A DNA stretch of 60,729 nucleotides, from positions 1 to 60,729 of the forward strand of contig JAUCBJ010004484.1 of assembly GCA_032718475.1 (NCBI GenBank), in the 5' to 3' direction. The DNA comes from Nemertoderma westbladi (lineage: Eukaryota; Animalia; Xenacoelomorpha). Position 1 is the first letter of the stretch, and each line of letters starts with the position of its first letter. The notes under the pieces were generated by a model. The model had not been told where the DNA came from. It did not search any database and worked only from the letters and a program-made list of their open reading frames with translations. This document shows, piece after piece, positions 38,623 to 51,243 of this stretch. The translations under genes and the position numbers were made by a program.

Positions 38623-39564
38623 CAAATAACAAAGTTGAGGAACTGGTATTCTTTAAATATATAATAAATTAGTATCTATAATTAATTGCCTCTCCAAATT
38701 CGATTGTTTGACTCAGAATTAAATTATTTAGCACAAAATATTTTTTTTTGTAACCTCACTAAATATATCCCCCAATTTCAATATGTCCCACACACAAAAA
38801 AATAACTTTTTATAACTTTACAAAATTATTTCCATCCCCAAAATAATTGTTCATGCTTTATTTAAATTTAATAGTAAAATTATTTAAAATCTCCCAGCAC
38901 CTCAATATTGTGTAACAAACCCATTTTTATTTGTATCTTAGGCCTAAAATTGATTTATACATTACTAACTTTTACTACTAAAGTTACCGGTAGTTAGTAG
39001 ACTTGCAACTCGGAGGTCACTTAGTTCGATCCCACCTGGACGTCTTTGTCGAAAAAAATTGTTGTGCAAAATGTTGTGCCCAACAAAATGTTATATACTA
39101 TTAATTATCTGACGCATTAAATACAACTTAATTTATACATTTTAAATACGATTTCAAGGGTGTTAACGTTAAATTATTGAAATAATATGTAAATTTTATT
39201 TTTATCATAAGAAAAAAACGTTATAAATAGGCTTTCAACTCTTGTATTCTTAAATTTTATATTATGTATTATCATATTATGTAGTATCAGATATTGTCTA
39301 TTGACTCAATCATAATTCATCTCTCTCCATGGCATGGGAAAATTGACGCAAATAACAGCTGATTAAGGGCAGAAAATTAACGGTAACTTCTTATATTGAC
39401 ATTCGTTTATTGTTTTGGTTAGAATGAGTGTTACTATTGCCATATTCTTTTACTTTAATTAATAATTAACACCGTTAATTACCTAGACATGATATTAATT
39501 AACCGATTTGCGACAACAAATCCTCCCTTTTTTTATATTTATGTAACTTGATTGTGACGTTATT

Positions 39565-41490
39565 ATGTCTGGCTTGACTCAACGGCCAACATGTCCCTAC
39601 CTACCCTATATACCCCCAAAGACTCCCAAAGTGGTAGAAGCTTATGGTCTGAGTCTAGCTACGGCCCCACTGACAGCGTTGGCCGGTAAGCGGGTAGACG
39701 GACGAGAGATTCCCCACATTCCCGCTAGTAGGCGCACCTCGTTGAGGCACCACGTGGGCGCATCAAATCGTTGGCGCATTCCGTGGTCGCTAGGGGGCGA
39801 CCTGTTGGGAAGCTGTCAGGCTGTGCGTGCGACATTACGATCGGAACTTCGGCATAGCAGCCGTTGCGAAGTTCCGACTTCGTCCGACACCGTTCCGGGA
39901 CCTTCCGGCCGCCCCGCTATCGATTACGATGACTCCGAGATTGTTCTCCCCGGAATGGCAAGCGGCCGCAGTTCCGTCGCCTCGGGAACCCCGCTGGTCG
40001 TAAAGAAAATCGAAAAACGAAAACAATCGATTCGATTCCCCGTCGCACCCAAGTCAGGGAGTCCGGTAGAATCTCAAGAGCTCGGCTCCGCGGATATTCT
40101 GCTGAAATATTTGGGATGTTATTGGGAACTGCACAGCCGGTTGGTCGTTGAGAAGTCGAGTTTATTGAAAAAGCTGCTTGTTGATGCTGATTGGATGTTA
40201 CGCAAAAACGTTGAGCCAATCAGCGATCAAAGAAGGGGTTCTGTTGGATCAGGAAACGGGCCTACCAAATTTGCGATGTCTATTAAATGCGAGAAGTTGA
40301 TGGCGGTTGATTGGCGGTTTGATTTGGTTTTATCGCCAATTGATGTTGAGAAAAATGATGAAATAAAAGTTGTTACAATAGATAATAAAGAAAGGATTCC
40401 CGTTACCATGGAGTCGATGGCCATAGCTTTAGGCAGTTTGTATGGCGATGAGTTCCGAATTCCGAGCCACACCGCTCTCGTTACCTTGACTACAGCCGAG
40501 TTGCTAGGTTACCAAGAATTATCCAATCACTGTGAACGCCTTCAGTGTTCCTCCCTGAACGCATCGTCTGTGACACAATCACTCCGCGTTGCTATGCGAT
40601 ACAACTTTGGCGGACTGGAGGAAGGTTGTCTACTGTGGTTACGTCACAACTTAGTGACGCGTCTGTCTGGCACCATCTACCTAAGGAACCTCACCCACAA
40701 CCTACTCTACAGTCTCCTCAACGATAACGAATTATTCGTTCCTGACGAATTCGAATTATTTAAGACCGTCGTCATGTGGATATTCTTACGTGATAACGAA
40801 GTCACTATGACGTCGCCCCCTCCCTTCACTACTGTCGTCACATTCTTTAACAGCCTCAGTAGGAACAGCCTCGGGGGCGACGCCTACTTGGATTCGGAAC
40901 GCGGTTCCCAATACCGACAGCTGTTCCACGCACTGCGTCTTCACGGAATAACTGATGTACGCCATCTAGAGTTCATTCAACGCACTCGAGTTCTCAGTAT
41001 CCAATCGATTATCAACCTCCTTAATTCAAATGTTAACGGTGTATTCGGTGGCGGCGACATGTCTTTGATGTTGAATTTCCCGGCGGGCGCAGTGCGTTTC
41101 GGTTACGTGATAAATAACCATGACGACGCTATTTCTCGACTTATATCGCTGTTTGGTTTCCACTTTGAGCTGAAAGCTTTCAATACTAAAACTGAAAGTT
41201 TTTTAACCGAAACTGAAAGTTTTAGTTTCTACGTGCAGCGGATAAAACCTACGGATCAGCTGCTCTCCCTCGGCGTTCTAGAACGTCAGACTTTCTCAAT
41301 GAGAGTGGATCGCGAGATTAACTACTCCTTCCGCCTGACGTCTCCCTCTACCGGATATTCGTGGAACAGCGATAAATTAAAGCACCGATTCGGCTTCAGT
41401 AGTCGCACAAAAAGAAGTAAAACTTTCAGTTTAGAGAAACTAACATTCCCGATATATCTAACTTTATTCATTTTATTCCCACCATCATAA
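39565..41490 (+). CDS. BTBD16: BTB/POZ (BTB-BACK) domain protein 16, intronless CDS
   Basis: 641-aa ORF. N-terminal GASNRWRIP...GDLL motif, BTB start (ADILLKYLGCYWELH), ALGSLY, BACK-like ELFVPDEFELFKTV, LRLHGIT, RFG, and C-terminal ILFPPS, recognised as BTBD16-like. Confidence 0.85.
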   Translation: MSGLTQRPTCPYLPYIPPKTPKVVEAYGLSLATAPLTALAGKRVDGREIPHIPASRRTSLRHHVGASNRWRIPWSLGGDLLGSCQAVRATLRSELRHSSRCEVPTSSDTVPGPSGRPAIDYDDSEIVLPGMASGRSSVASGTPLVVKKIEKRKQSIRFPVAPKSGSPVESQELGSADILLKYLGCYWELHSRLVVEKSSLLKKLLVDADWMLRKNVEPISDQRRGSVGSGNGPTKFAMSIKCEKLMAVDWRFDLVLSPIDVEKNDEIKVVTIDNKERIPVTMESMAIALGSLYGDEFRIPSHTALVTLTTAELLGYQELSNHCERLQCSSLNASSVTQSLRVAMRYNFGGLEEGCLLWLRHNLVTRLSGTIYLRNLTHNLLYSLLNDNELFVPDEFELFKTVVMWIFLRDNEVTMTSPPPFTTVVTFFNSLSRNSLGGDAYLDSERGSQYRQLFHALRLHGITDVRHLEFIQRTRVLSIQSIINLLNSNVNGVFGGGDMSLMLNFPAGAVRFGYVINNHDDAISRLISLFGFHFELKAFNTKTESFLTETESFSFYVQRIKPTDQLLSLGVLERQTFSMRVDREINYSFRLTSPSTGYSWNSDKLKHRFGFSSRTKRSKTFSLEKLTFPIYLTLFILFPPS

Positions 41491-41959
41491 ACAATAAATA
41501 ATCAGCTATAAAATCGATTTTATTAGTTTAGTATTTTTATTTATACCGGTAACTACTGTACTATAATTTATAATCGACAATTTACTGTTTTAAACATAAA
41601 TAAATCCTTAATTGATATTTATAACATTTCATTAATTTGTAGGAAGGGCTGGAAGGAACCCGGGGGAAGAATCCTACCTAAACTAAACAATAGTCGAAAC
41701 TGTAAGGAGTCAGGCTAGCTGACTTTGTGGCTCGTCCCACATAATAAAAAATAAAACTTTGCTACCACTAACAAAAATATAATATGAAGAAAATAATTGT
41801 CAAGCGCGTTACAAGATATAAGATTACCGAATATTTATAAAAAATGCCCATGATGCACAACCAGATAAATAACAACGAATAGAGCCAAATAATAAATTTA
41901 GTTTCCTTCAAATTTATTACCCTGTTGCAAATAAATCTCATTTTCTTCTCTCCCCTTGC

Positions 41960-43272
41960 AAGCTACGACTTACACGGTTCCCCACTACTACGACTTCCTT
42001 ATGGTTCTCAGCTACGACCTCCACATGGTCAGTGGCTACGACTTCCTTATGGTTCTCAGCTACGACTTCCACATGGTCAGTGGGTACGACTTCCTTACGG
42101 TTCTCAGCTACGACTTCCACATGGTCAGTGGCTACGACTTCCTTATGGTTCTCAGCTACGACTTCCACAAGGTTCCCCGCTACGACTTCCTTATGGTTCT
42201 CAGCTACGACTTCCACAAGGTTCCCAGCTACGACTTCCTTATGGTTCCCCAGTACTACTTTCATTAGATCCACAGCTACGACTTCCACAGGGTCCCTGAC
42301 TACGACTTCCACACCATCCTCAGCTACAACTTCATTATGGTTCTCAGCTACGACTATCATTAGGTCTACAGCTACAACTTCCTTATGGATCTCAGGTACG
42401 ACTATACGTGGTCCCTGACTACGACTTAATCAAGGTTCCCCGCTACGACATTCAATAGGTCCACAGCATCGACTTCATTATGGCTCCCCGCTACTACTTT
42501 CAATAGATCCACAGCGACGACTTCCACAGGGTCCCTGACTACGACTTCCACACGGTACTCAGCTACGACTTCATTATGGTCCCCAGCTACGACTTTCTTT
42601 TTGTCCACAGCCACGACTTCCACAGGGTCCCTGACTACGAATTCCACACGGTCCTCAGCTACGACTTCATTAGGTCCCCAGCTACGACTTTCATTAGGTC
42701 CACAGCTACGACTTCCACAGGGTCCCTGACTACGACTTCCACACGGTCCTCAGCTACGACTTCCACAGGGTCCCTGACTACAAATTCCACACGGTCCTCA
42801 GCTACGACTTCATTATAGTCCCCAGCTACGACTTCAACACGGTCCTCAGCTACGACTTCATTATGGTCCTCAGCTACGACTTTCATTAGGTCCCCAGCTA
42901 CGACTTTCATTAGGTCCACAGCTACGACTTCCACAGGGTCCCTGACTACAACTTCCACACGGTCCTCAGCTACGACTTCATTATGGTCCCCAGCTACGAC
43001 TTCCTTATGGTTCCCCGCTACGACTTTCATTAGGTCCACAGCTACGACTTCCACAGGGTCCCTGACTACAACTTCCACACGGTCCTCAGCTACGACTTCA
43101 TTATGGTCCCCAGCTACGACTTCATTATGGTTCCCCGCTACGACTTTCATTATGTCCACAGCTACGACTTCCACAGGGTCCCTGACTACGACTTCCACAT
43201 GGTCCCCAGCTACGACTTTCATTAGGTCCCCAGCTACGACTTCCACAGTGTCCTTGGCTAAGACTTCCACAT
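41960..43272. repeat. Degenerate 21-bp-period minisatellite (core CTACGACTT), possibly coding
   Basis: Recurrent agctacgacttc every 21 bp with higher-order blocks; long ORFs in several frames. Confidence 0.85.
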
Positions 43273-43380
43273 TCACATTGTACGTGGTGATTCCCATAGG
43301 TGCAATGGATACAACTTCATCAGCTTCCCATGAGCATCCATGCTCATAAAAACCATATTTCAGTACAATACCCTATCTTT

Positions 43381-44003
43381 GGTATTACTGTGATAGCTAT
43401 CTCCATTTTTGATTTTTTTAAAAGTTTTTATTGACATTATTATTATGTTCTAGAACAATATTAACATAGAACTTTATATTATTATGATTTCATTATTACA
43501 ATATTAGCATAAATTAAAATAAGTTACTTAGGTCTAGTAATTGTTCTTGATTAGTTGTATTAATCCATGAAATGGGTTATCTTTATTAAGACCCCTCCAT
43601 CGGAACTCGCCCAGGTGGTTCTTCAGTATCTTTTTAGTTGTGCCTTTCTTTGTTCGCATTATATTTAACTTTGCATGCGCTCAGTAGGACCTTTGCATCG
43701 CCACATCAGCTTCGTTATGCCATTCATTCTCCTTCGAATGACATGTGCATTGAAATCACAGTTAGTGACCGCACACATGGTTGAATGTCACTACCAGTGT
43801 AGGTAGTAATCCAACCGATTGAGCAAAAGTAATAATAGCGCTCTCTTATGTTGCCAATAAAGATGCAATCTCGATAATGTTAGGGTCAGTCATTATGAAA
43901 ATAATAACGAACACGTTTATTAAAATGTTCTAGAATAAAAACCATAGTTATTAAACATATTTTAAGAATTACAAAAAATGTAGATAGCTATCACAGTAAT
44001 ACC
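43381..44003. mobile_element. TIR MITE with 8-bp TSD (Merlin-like GG termini)
   Basis: Perfect 22-bp TIR ggtattactgtgatagctatct; flanks ctatcttt and ctatcttc. Confidence 0.75.
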
Positions 44004-45080
44004 CTATCTTCAGTCTTACAATTACTCATTTTGTACAAAAGTACTGCTGGTGCTAACAACCTTGTATCTTATTGTTACCAACAAATTACGGAAAATTCCA
44101 TAAGAATAATGAAATGACAAAAATTTCCGTCCTATTTTGAAAACATATATATTTAATTGGCTGTGAGAATGTTGCCATTCAAAATTTAGGGTGGCAGAAA
44201 CAATAGTTTGCTGATTCTAGATTTAGGCTATTTGCCTAATTTTTCAGCCAATAAGAATGCGGCCATTGAAAAGAGCGGGTCCTTCTTACCCAGGTAAAAC
44301 GGAAAAGTAAAAAACGATTTTTTGGCGCTTACCATAGTTTGGCGACGGTATCACGAAAAATTTTTTTTTTACCATCAAAAATAAAGCTGTAATCTGTTCT
44401 TTGAATTTCGTTTATTGTTTTGGTTAGAATAACGTGCCACCTTTCCTTTTAGTGATTTCCCTGTTAAAATTTAGCGAAAATGATTAATTTTAGTAGGTGG
44501 ATAAATTACTGGGATTTAAATTTCTGAGAAAGTTGCAAAAAGAGCGGAAAAGTAAAAAAAGTTCAACTTTCAAAACCTACGACAATTTTGATAACTACAG
44601 TATATATAAAGTTGACATAGTTAGAGAAAGTATTATTCCAGTATGAATCTCATCTGAGTTTATAATTATAATTTCCGTTTAATGTAATCCGCGCTTAAAT
44701 AATTTGCCTGGACGAATGAGAATATATTATATTTAATTCAGTTTCATGGCTAGTTTTTAGTCTAACTCGCTATAGGTAATCACTTGTAGCATTGGATTTG
44801 AAGAGGTTCTAGAACTATAATGAACCCAACCAATAAAGGCGAGAGAATCATAACCAATGTTGGTATAAGGCAAACCCAAATATTGCATCGGAACTTACAA
44901 CAGTTGAACACGTTTACTATTATGCTCTTAATAAATGTGAAAAATATACCTGCAAAAATAAAAAAAAATAATATATAAGAAAATAATATTTTAAAGAATT
45001 TAATGTTTAAAATATACATATTTAAATTCTGGAACATAATAAATTTCCTTTGATATTTTTTAAACAATTAATTCTTGAAT

Positions 45081-48000
45081 TAATAACTATTTACATACTT
45101 GTGTGTAAAGTAGTATGCATTCTTAACATTCCTGGGAGACTTTAATGCAAGTCTGCATCAATCACCTACATCGCCCTGGGTCTATAGCAATAGTGTTAAC
45201 CGAAATTCCGTCCATCTTCAGGATTTTATCTCTGGAAATGGATTGTTTTCGGCTGGAACCCAGTTCAAGAAGCGAACTGGAAAGCTATGGACTCATAGTG
45301 GACCCAGTGGTCACAAGTCCCAGATAGACCATATCCTGTTTCGTAGGAAATACAGGAGCTCTATACAAGACTGTAATGCATTTACACTACGACCCTTCTC
45401 CAGTGATCACCGCCTTATTGTGGCCAAGGTAAGACTTAGTCTGCGTGCTAGCAGAACAACGAAATCTGCCTTGCCGCGGCATGACTGGTCCTCTGTTGCA
45501 ACAGCCAACTGTGAGATCCAGCTTCACACTACAGCTGAGCAACAGGTATGAGGTTCTTGCCTCTGAGGCGGCAGATCACTGTGAGGGTTATACTGCCTTC
45601 ACAGAGGCAGTTAAGTTAGCAGCTGCAGAAACAGTTCCTGTATACCCTCGAAACAGGAAACGGGCCCCCTGGACTGACAACAAAATTCAGAAGTGCCGAA
45701 TTGACCTCTACAAGGCGCAGAAAGAGTCCCGACTCAAACAGACTACAGCGGCCAAGAATGCAGTTAAGGCTGCATCTAGGTCCCTGAACAGGCAGTACTC
45801 TGTTAATTTACAGGAGCTAATAAACCAACAGGTTGATGACATCAATGATGCTGACGACAGCAGGCAATCATACCAGGCATGGAGATCGATCAACTTGCTT
45901 GCTGGTCGAAAAAGCCAACCAACCACCAAGGTTAAGGCTGAATCACCAGCCGATCGCCTCAATGGTTGGAAGGCCCACTTTGAAAAGCTCCTCAATAATG
46001 ACAGGGTATTGCCTGATATCTTTATAGAAGTAAAAGTGTCTGAGTCTGTACTCCCAGATATTGCCATTGGTGATATCTCCTTTGCAGAAGTGAAGGCTGC
46101 TGCAAAGAGCATTAAGACCAATCGTGCCAGTAGAGTAGATGGTGTTCCCCCTGATGTCTTTAAAATACCTGAGTGTTTAAAGCTCATCTATCCCATCATA
46201 GTAGACATGTACCGAACAACAAGAGTCCCACAAGAAATGAAAACAAATAAGTTGGTGCCAGTTCCAAGAAGGGCTACCTAACACTCTATGGTTATTTTCG
46301 GGGAATCTGATTGATCTCGATTGCTGCAAAGCTATACAATAGAATTCTATTAAATCGCATCAGGGATCCCATTGAGAGACTGCTCCGTGGAAATCAGAAT
46401 GGGTTCCGAAAGTTCGTGGGACTATGGAGCCCATTTTGGCACTTAGAAGGATAATTGAAGAGTTATCAATAAAGAAAGACAGGCACCTGGCTGTTATCTT
46501 TGTTGACTTCTTCAAGGCCTTTGATTCAGTCTCCCGCTCACGTATGTTCAGCATACTATTATTATATGGGATTCCTGATGAAATTGTTGCAGCAATCAGA
46601 TCAGTATACGATGGTTCGACAACATTTGCGTCTACTGTTGACGGTGACACAGAACCATTTGAAGTGTTATGGGGCGTCCACCAGGGAGACACACTTGCAC
46701 CATTATTGTTCATAATTGTGGTTGACTATATTCTACGCATGTCGTTAGATCATCATAATGATGATGGGGTGATGATAACTCCACCTACTGGCTCCAGAAG
46801 TCGAGGAAATCCTGCCAAGTACCTAACTGATCTAGACTTTGCTGATGACTTAGGAGTACTCTCAGAATCACTAGAGGGAGCCCAACGGCTCCTCATCTCA
46901 TTAGAACATGCTGCTTCTAGTGTTGGTCTTTTTATTAACTCCAGAAAGAACAAAATTTTGACAGTTAACTTTGAAAGTCCTCAGCAAGTCTCTGATCGGA
47001 TGAGCATAAGCTCAAAAGATGGTATGCTTGAGCATGTGGATGACTTCTGTTACCTGGGATCATGGATCCGGAAGTCATGTGAGGACCTTCGAATACGTAA
47101 GGGAAAGGCATGGGCAGCCTTGAATAGGCTTTCCAGGATTTGGAAGTCACCGAGAATTAATCGGAAACTCAAGGTCCGATTATTTAGAGCAGCAGTAGTT
47201 CCAGTACTCCTCTATGGCAGTCCATGCTGGGCTCTAACTGCTGAGGACACCAAATCTCTGGATGCCACATTCACAAGAATGCTACGCCGGGTTCATTGTG
47301 TCAAGTACAATGCACACATCTCCAACCAGACACTATATAACATTGGAGGTGTCTCATTGGTTCCCCCAAGCTTGACACTAGAACAAAATCGCCTCCGCTT
47401 TGCAGGACATTGCTTTCGCCGTGAGGACCAGCCAGTGCATAATCTTGTACTTTGGCAGCCTCATGGAGTGAATAAGCATGGTGGACAGCCCATGACTTTC
47501 TTGAGACGCATCTTAAAGGACACTGGCCTTGAAGATGCGGATGATCTAGCAAATGTCATGGGTGATAGGGAGTTGTGTGGCGGTGCAATTTTGTCGATAA
47601 GCCGGCACAGCATACTTAAAAATGCAGCTGCAATGCAGCATGCCGATCCTAGTAGTAGTGTAAAGTAGCACTTTACAGTGTGATGATCCGAGTGGCTTTG
47701 TTACACGAACGAACGTTAGTGAGTGAGTGAAAATAAAGCCACGAGGATCAGAACACTGTAAAGTACTTTGCAACAAGTATGTATGTAGTTTTATTCCAAA
47801 ATTATAACATTACAAAATGATTGTACATATACATTATAAGTGATAGAAACTGCACAAATTATATTAGTTGCTGTATAAATAAATGTAAAAATGACGTACA
47901 TTATGTTATAAATAAGTTAGCTTATATTTATTGTGGCGTTTGGAGCCATGTTATAATAATATAGCTAGGCCCTACTGGTTATCAATAGCTATACCCCGCT

Positions 48001-48244
48001 ACCGGTAGGTAATGCAGTAGGCCTATCTGGCTGTCAGGCAAATTTTCACCTATTGTTTACGTGGTATCCAATGACGGCGTTAAGTAATGTCCACTAGGGG
48101 GACATTACTTAACGGATAACACCAAATACAATACTAAATGTACAGGCCAATACAATGCTGTAATGTCCTCTAAAGTTGTAAAGTGCTAAATAACAACTCG
48201 CTGTTAATACTAACGGCGTTGAGTAATGTTACAATTTTGGAATA
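45081..48244. mobile_element. Crypton-like hairpin element, copy 2, interrupted by an RTE LINE
   Basis: Flanks are colinear with copy 1 at 28653-31890. Confidence 0.65.
45114..47657 (+). mobile_element. 5'-truncated, frameshifted RTE-clade LINE (APE + RT) with 11-bp TSD
   Basis: Motifs LGDFNA, SQIDHIL, SDHRL, FVDFFKAFDSV, GVHQGDTLAPLLF, DLDFADDL. (TAG)n tail. TSD GTGTAAAGTAG at 45103-45113 and 47658-47668. Confidence 0.93.
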
Positions 48245-48645
48245 AAGTAAATTAACAATAAGTTGCGTGTTTTCTTAACTGTTAGCACATAAATTTAAAA
48301 ATTTCTGCGAGAAGTGAAAATTCAACCAATACAAATGCTAGTGATGGTACCTTAAAATAATGTATTCCAAAGTTAATATTAAAGTTAATATGTATAGTTA
48401 ATAACAAAGAACATTAAACAGATTATACAAGAAGACAGATCATTAAAACTAACCTATTATCATGAGAATGATAAATGGGTTTTCCCGAATTTCATTTTCC
48501 ACTTCTACCCACCCATCAGTAGGACTGTAAACCTGGCCAAAGGCGTACAGATTAATATAAACTATAGCAATTCCAAATCTATAACGAAAAATAAATAAAT
48601 TATCAATATTGTTGTTTGTAAATGTATTTAACATCCATAGATTGT

Positions 48646-48950
48646 ATAAATCATAAGTAATTAAACAGGACTAAGGATGATCCAACTCTATAGCAAATGG
48701 GGCAGAAAAAATAAATTCGCCACAAGCGGGGATCGAACCCACGTCTCACGATAAACGTTCAGGTATGCTAACCACTACACCACGGAGGCTCCGTGGTGTA
48801 TTTTGCCTCCGTGGTGTAGTGGTTAGCATACCTGAACGTTTATCGGGAGACGTGGGTTCGATCCCCGCTGGTGGCGAATTCATTTTTTCCGCTCCATTTG
48901 CTATAGAATTGGATCATCCTTAGTCCTGTTTAATTACTTATAATTTAAAT
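48646..48950. mobile_element. Head-to-head inverted pair of tRNA-derived SINE-like units
   Basis: 48805-48876 has an A box (tggtgtagtgg) and B box (ggttcgatcc). The mirror copy ends at 48789. Arms are ~145 bp. Confidence 0.8.
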
Positions 48951-50223
48951 TATCAATATATTTTATTAAATGAAATAGTATAAGGTTTGGTTTAAAGATT
49001 TCCAATATTGATAGTCCAATATTTTCCAATATAGACTAGGCCTTAAAGAGGTTATTAATTTAGTAAAAAACACCGTTACCTAGAGAAACAAGCCTAGAAG
49101 ATATAATTATGAATTTTGGAAATTATATACCTTTTATTTTGCAACAACCTAACATCCGGGAGCCTTCGATTAATTTAAAGTTTTCACGTTTTCAGGAAAA
49201 TTACATCCATGAGTTCTTTACATTACCGGGTCAGTATAGCTATAGAGCGGGGATGAATCCAGCTGATATACTAAACACAGATTATAACCGAAAGTAGCGA
49301 TGCCCGAGTTCAATAATTATTCACGGATTCAATAAAATTTACATAAATATCCGCAAAATGTTCTTTAAAATGACTTTAATAAATCGCATGACACCGTAAC
49401 TGAACTGCTTGCACGTAAAAGTGAACAGTCAGCCAGCCCATATCAAACTCATTACAATTGATTATTAAGGATGTTTTTTCGGACAAAAGAATTATTTACA
49501 GAAATTTAGAATACCAGACAGATTGAGATGAAGGATGTCTTAGATCTCTGATTTAAAGAATTAGCAGCAGTTAGTGTGAACTATCTGGTTACACAACATT
49601 ATAAGCAATTACTCGATACTTTATTGCCAAAACCCAGCATCACCCTGCAATCCTGGACATTGTTAACGCCGTGAGGATCAGATTGTTGACAAGGGTGAAC
49701 TTGACGCAAATCCCATCTCGGCGAATTACGGGAATGGAGCAGGTTATAGTGGCACCAATTCTTACCAAAACAATAAAACGCAAGTCAATGATACAGTATG
49801 GTGTTTCAATTCTTGGGAAATATTTGCAAATAATGGAAATATATAAAATAAATCACTGTTTAGTTCACGAGGAGGGGAGTCCCCAGCGTTTAACTCATAA
49901 AATCTTAACAATTATAGCAGACCGAGTGGTTTGGGGTGGTTTTATGCTTTTTTATGTAGTTCTGATCTGAGTTTGCCGGGGTTGACAGTAGACCTTCTCT
50001 ATACTTGAATCCACTCACCGTAATGACGAAAACACGCTTTCAGTGATAACCTTGATTCGATTTTGTTTGAAATCTTTGTAGCCAAGATGAATGTCTTCAA
50101 TTAAGTCCACAACACATTCTGTATGAAAATTAAATAAATTAAAATCTAATTTATTAAAATATCAGTACAAATAAACAACCGGCCGAGGCCGGAGAATCCT
50201 CTTCCAATAGCTACTACCCGGTG

Positions 50224-50712
50224 GCCCATGTGAAGAATAAAAGACTTTCTGCCGTTATATTTCACTTTGCAGTTACCCCCATGTGAAGAATACCAGACTT
50301 TCTGCCGTTATATTTCACTTTGCAGTTACCCCCATGTGAAGAATACAAGACTTTCTGCCGTTATATTTCACTTTGCAGTTACCCCCATGTGAAGAATACC
50401 AGACTTTCTACCGTTATATTTCACTTTGCAGTTACCCCCATGTGAAGAATACCAGACTTTCTACCGTTATATTTCACTTTGCAGTTACCCCCACTCAATA
50501 CCAGGTTTTCACTAAAAACACAGGTTACAGAAGGGCTGAATCTAACCAAAACAATAAACGAATTAGTATATGCACAGGTTATAAGACAGAAATAAGCGTT
50601 ATAAAACACTTAATAAATAAAGATAAATTAAAAAAAAATGAAAAATCTTAATTTATAAAATTCCAATAAAAAGTCGACCGAAAAGTGAAATCCTGGTATT
50701 CTTCACATCGGC
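50224..50712. mobile_element. MITE family A, copy 3, with 5x tandem 53-bp terminal unit
   Basis: The cccatgtgaagaataccagactttct...gcagttacc unit is repeated over 50225-50490; the remainder matches the reverse complement of copies 1 and 2. Confidence 0.8.
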
Positions 50713-50750
50713 GCTACTCTTTTTATCCCAAGTATGGATGAAAAGCCGAG

Positions 50751-50825
50751 TGGACCCTGAGTGGGGCTCGAACCTACAACCAATAGATTGCGGGCCAGGC
50801 GCTCAACCAACTGAGCTAGCTCCGC
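50751..50825 (-). other. tRNA-like sequence (SINE head or tRNA pseudogene)
   Basis: tagctcagttggttgagc (A box/D arm) and ggttcgagcc (B box); acceptor and anticodon stems pair poorly. Confidence 0.6.
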
Positions 50826-51243
50826 AATATTTTTTTTAAATCAGTCAGTTGGATAGCAATCAAAATTAATAGAAATGCGACAAATTAATGGAGTTCCCCA
50901 CAACAATTCATTTATAATTAATGGAGAGTGCCGCGTCGATGTGCGTTTAGGTATATTAGAAAGAAAAAGAAACCGTCGCGAGTAAAATACATTGCAGTAT
51001 AAAACCTGAGTTCTACTTGTATCGTCCAACACAGAGCAGACTTACGAAGTTCCAAAATGAATATTTAGAGTCCATGTTTCGTACTTTAAATTATTGCTTG
51101 GCCAACGCATATTTTCTGAAATTTTTGTATTTATCTGATTATTTGTTATATTTATAGGTTCAACATTAATTCATGCCAATTATAAATATTTAAACGTTTT
51201 CCAGGTTATCAACTGGAACCAACAATGTAATGAACCCTCGCCT

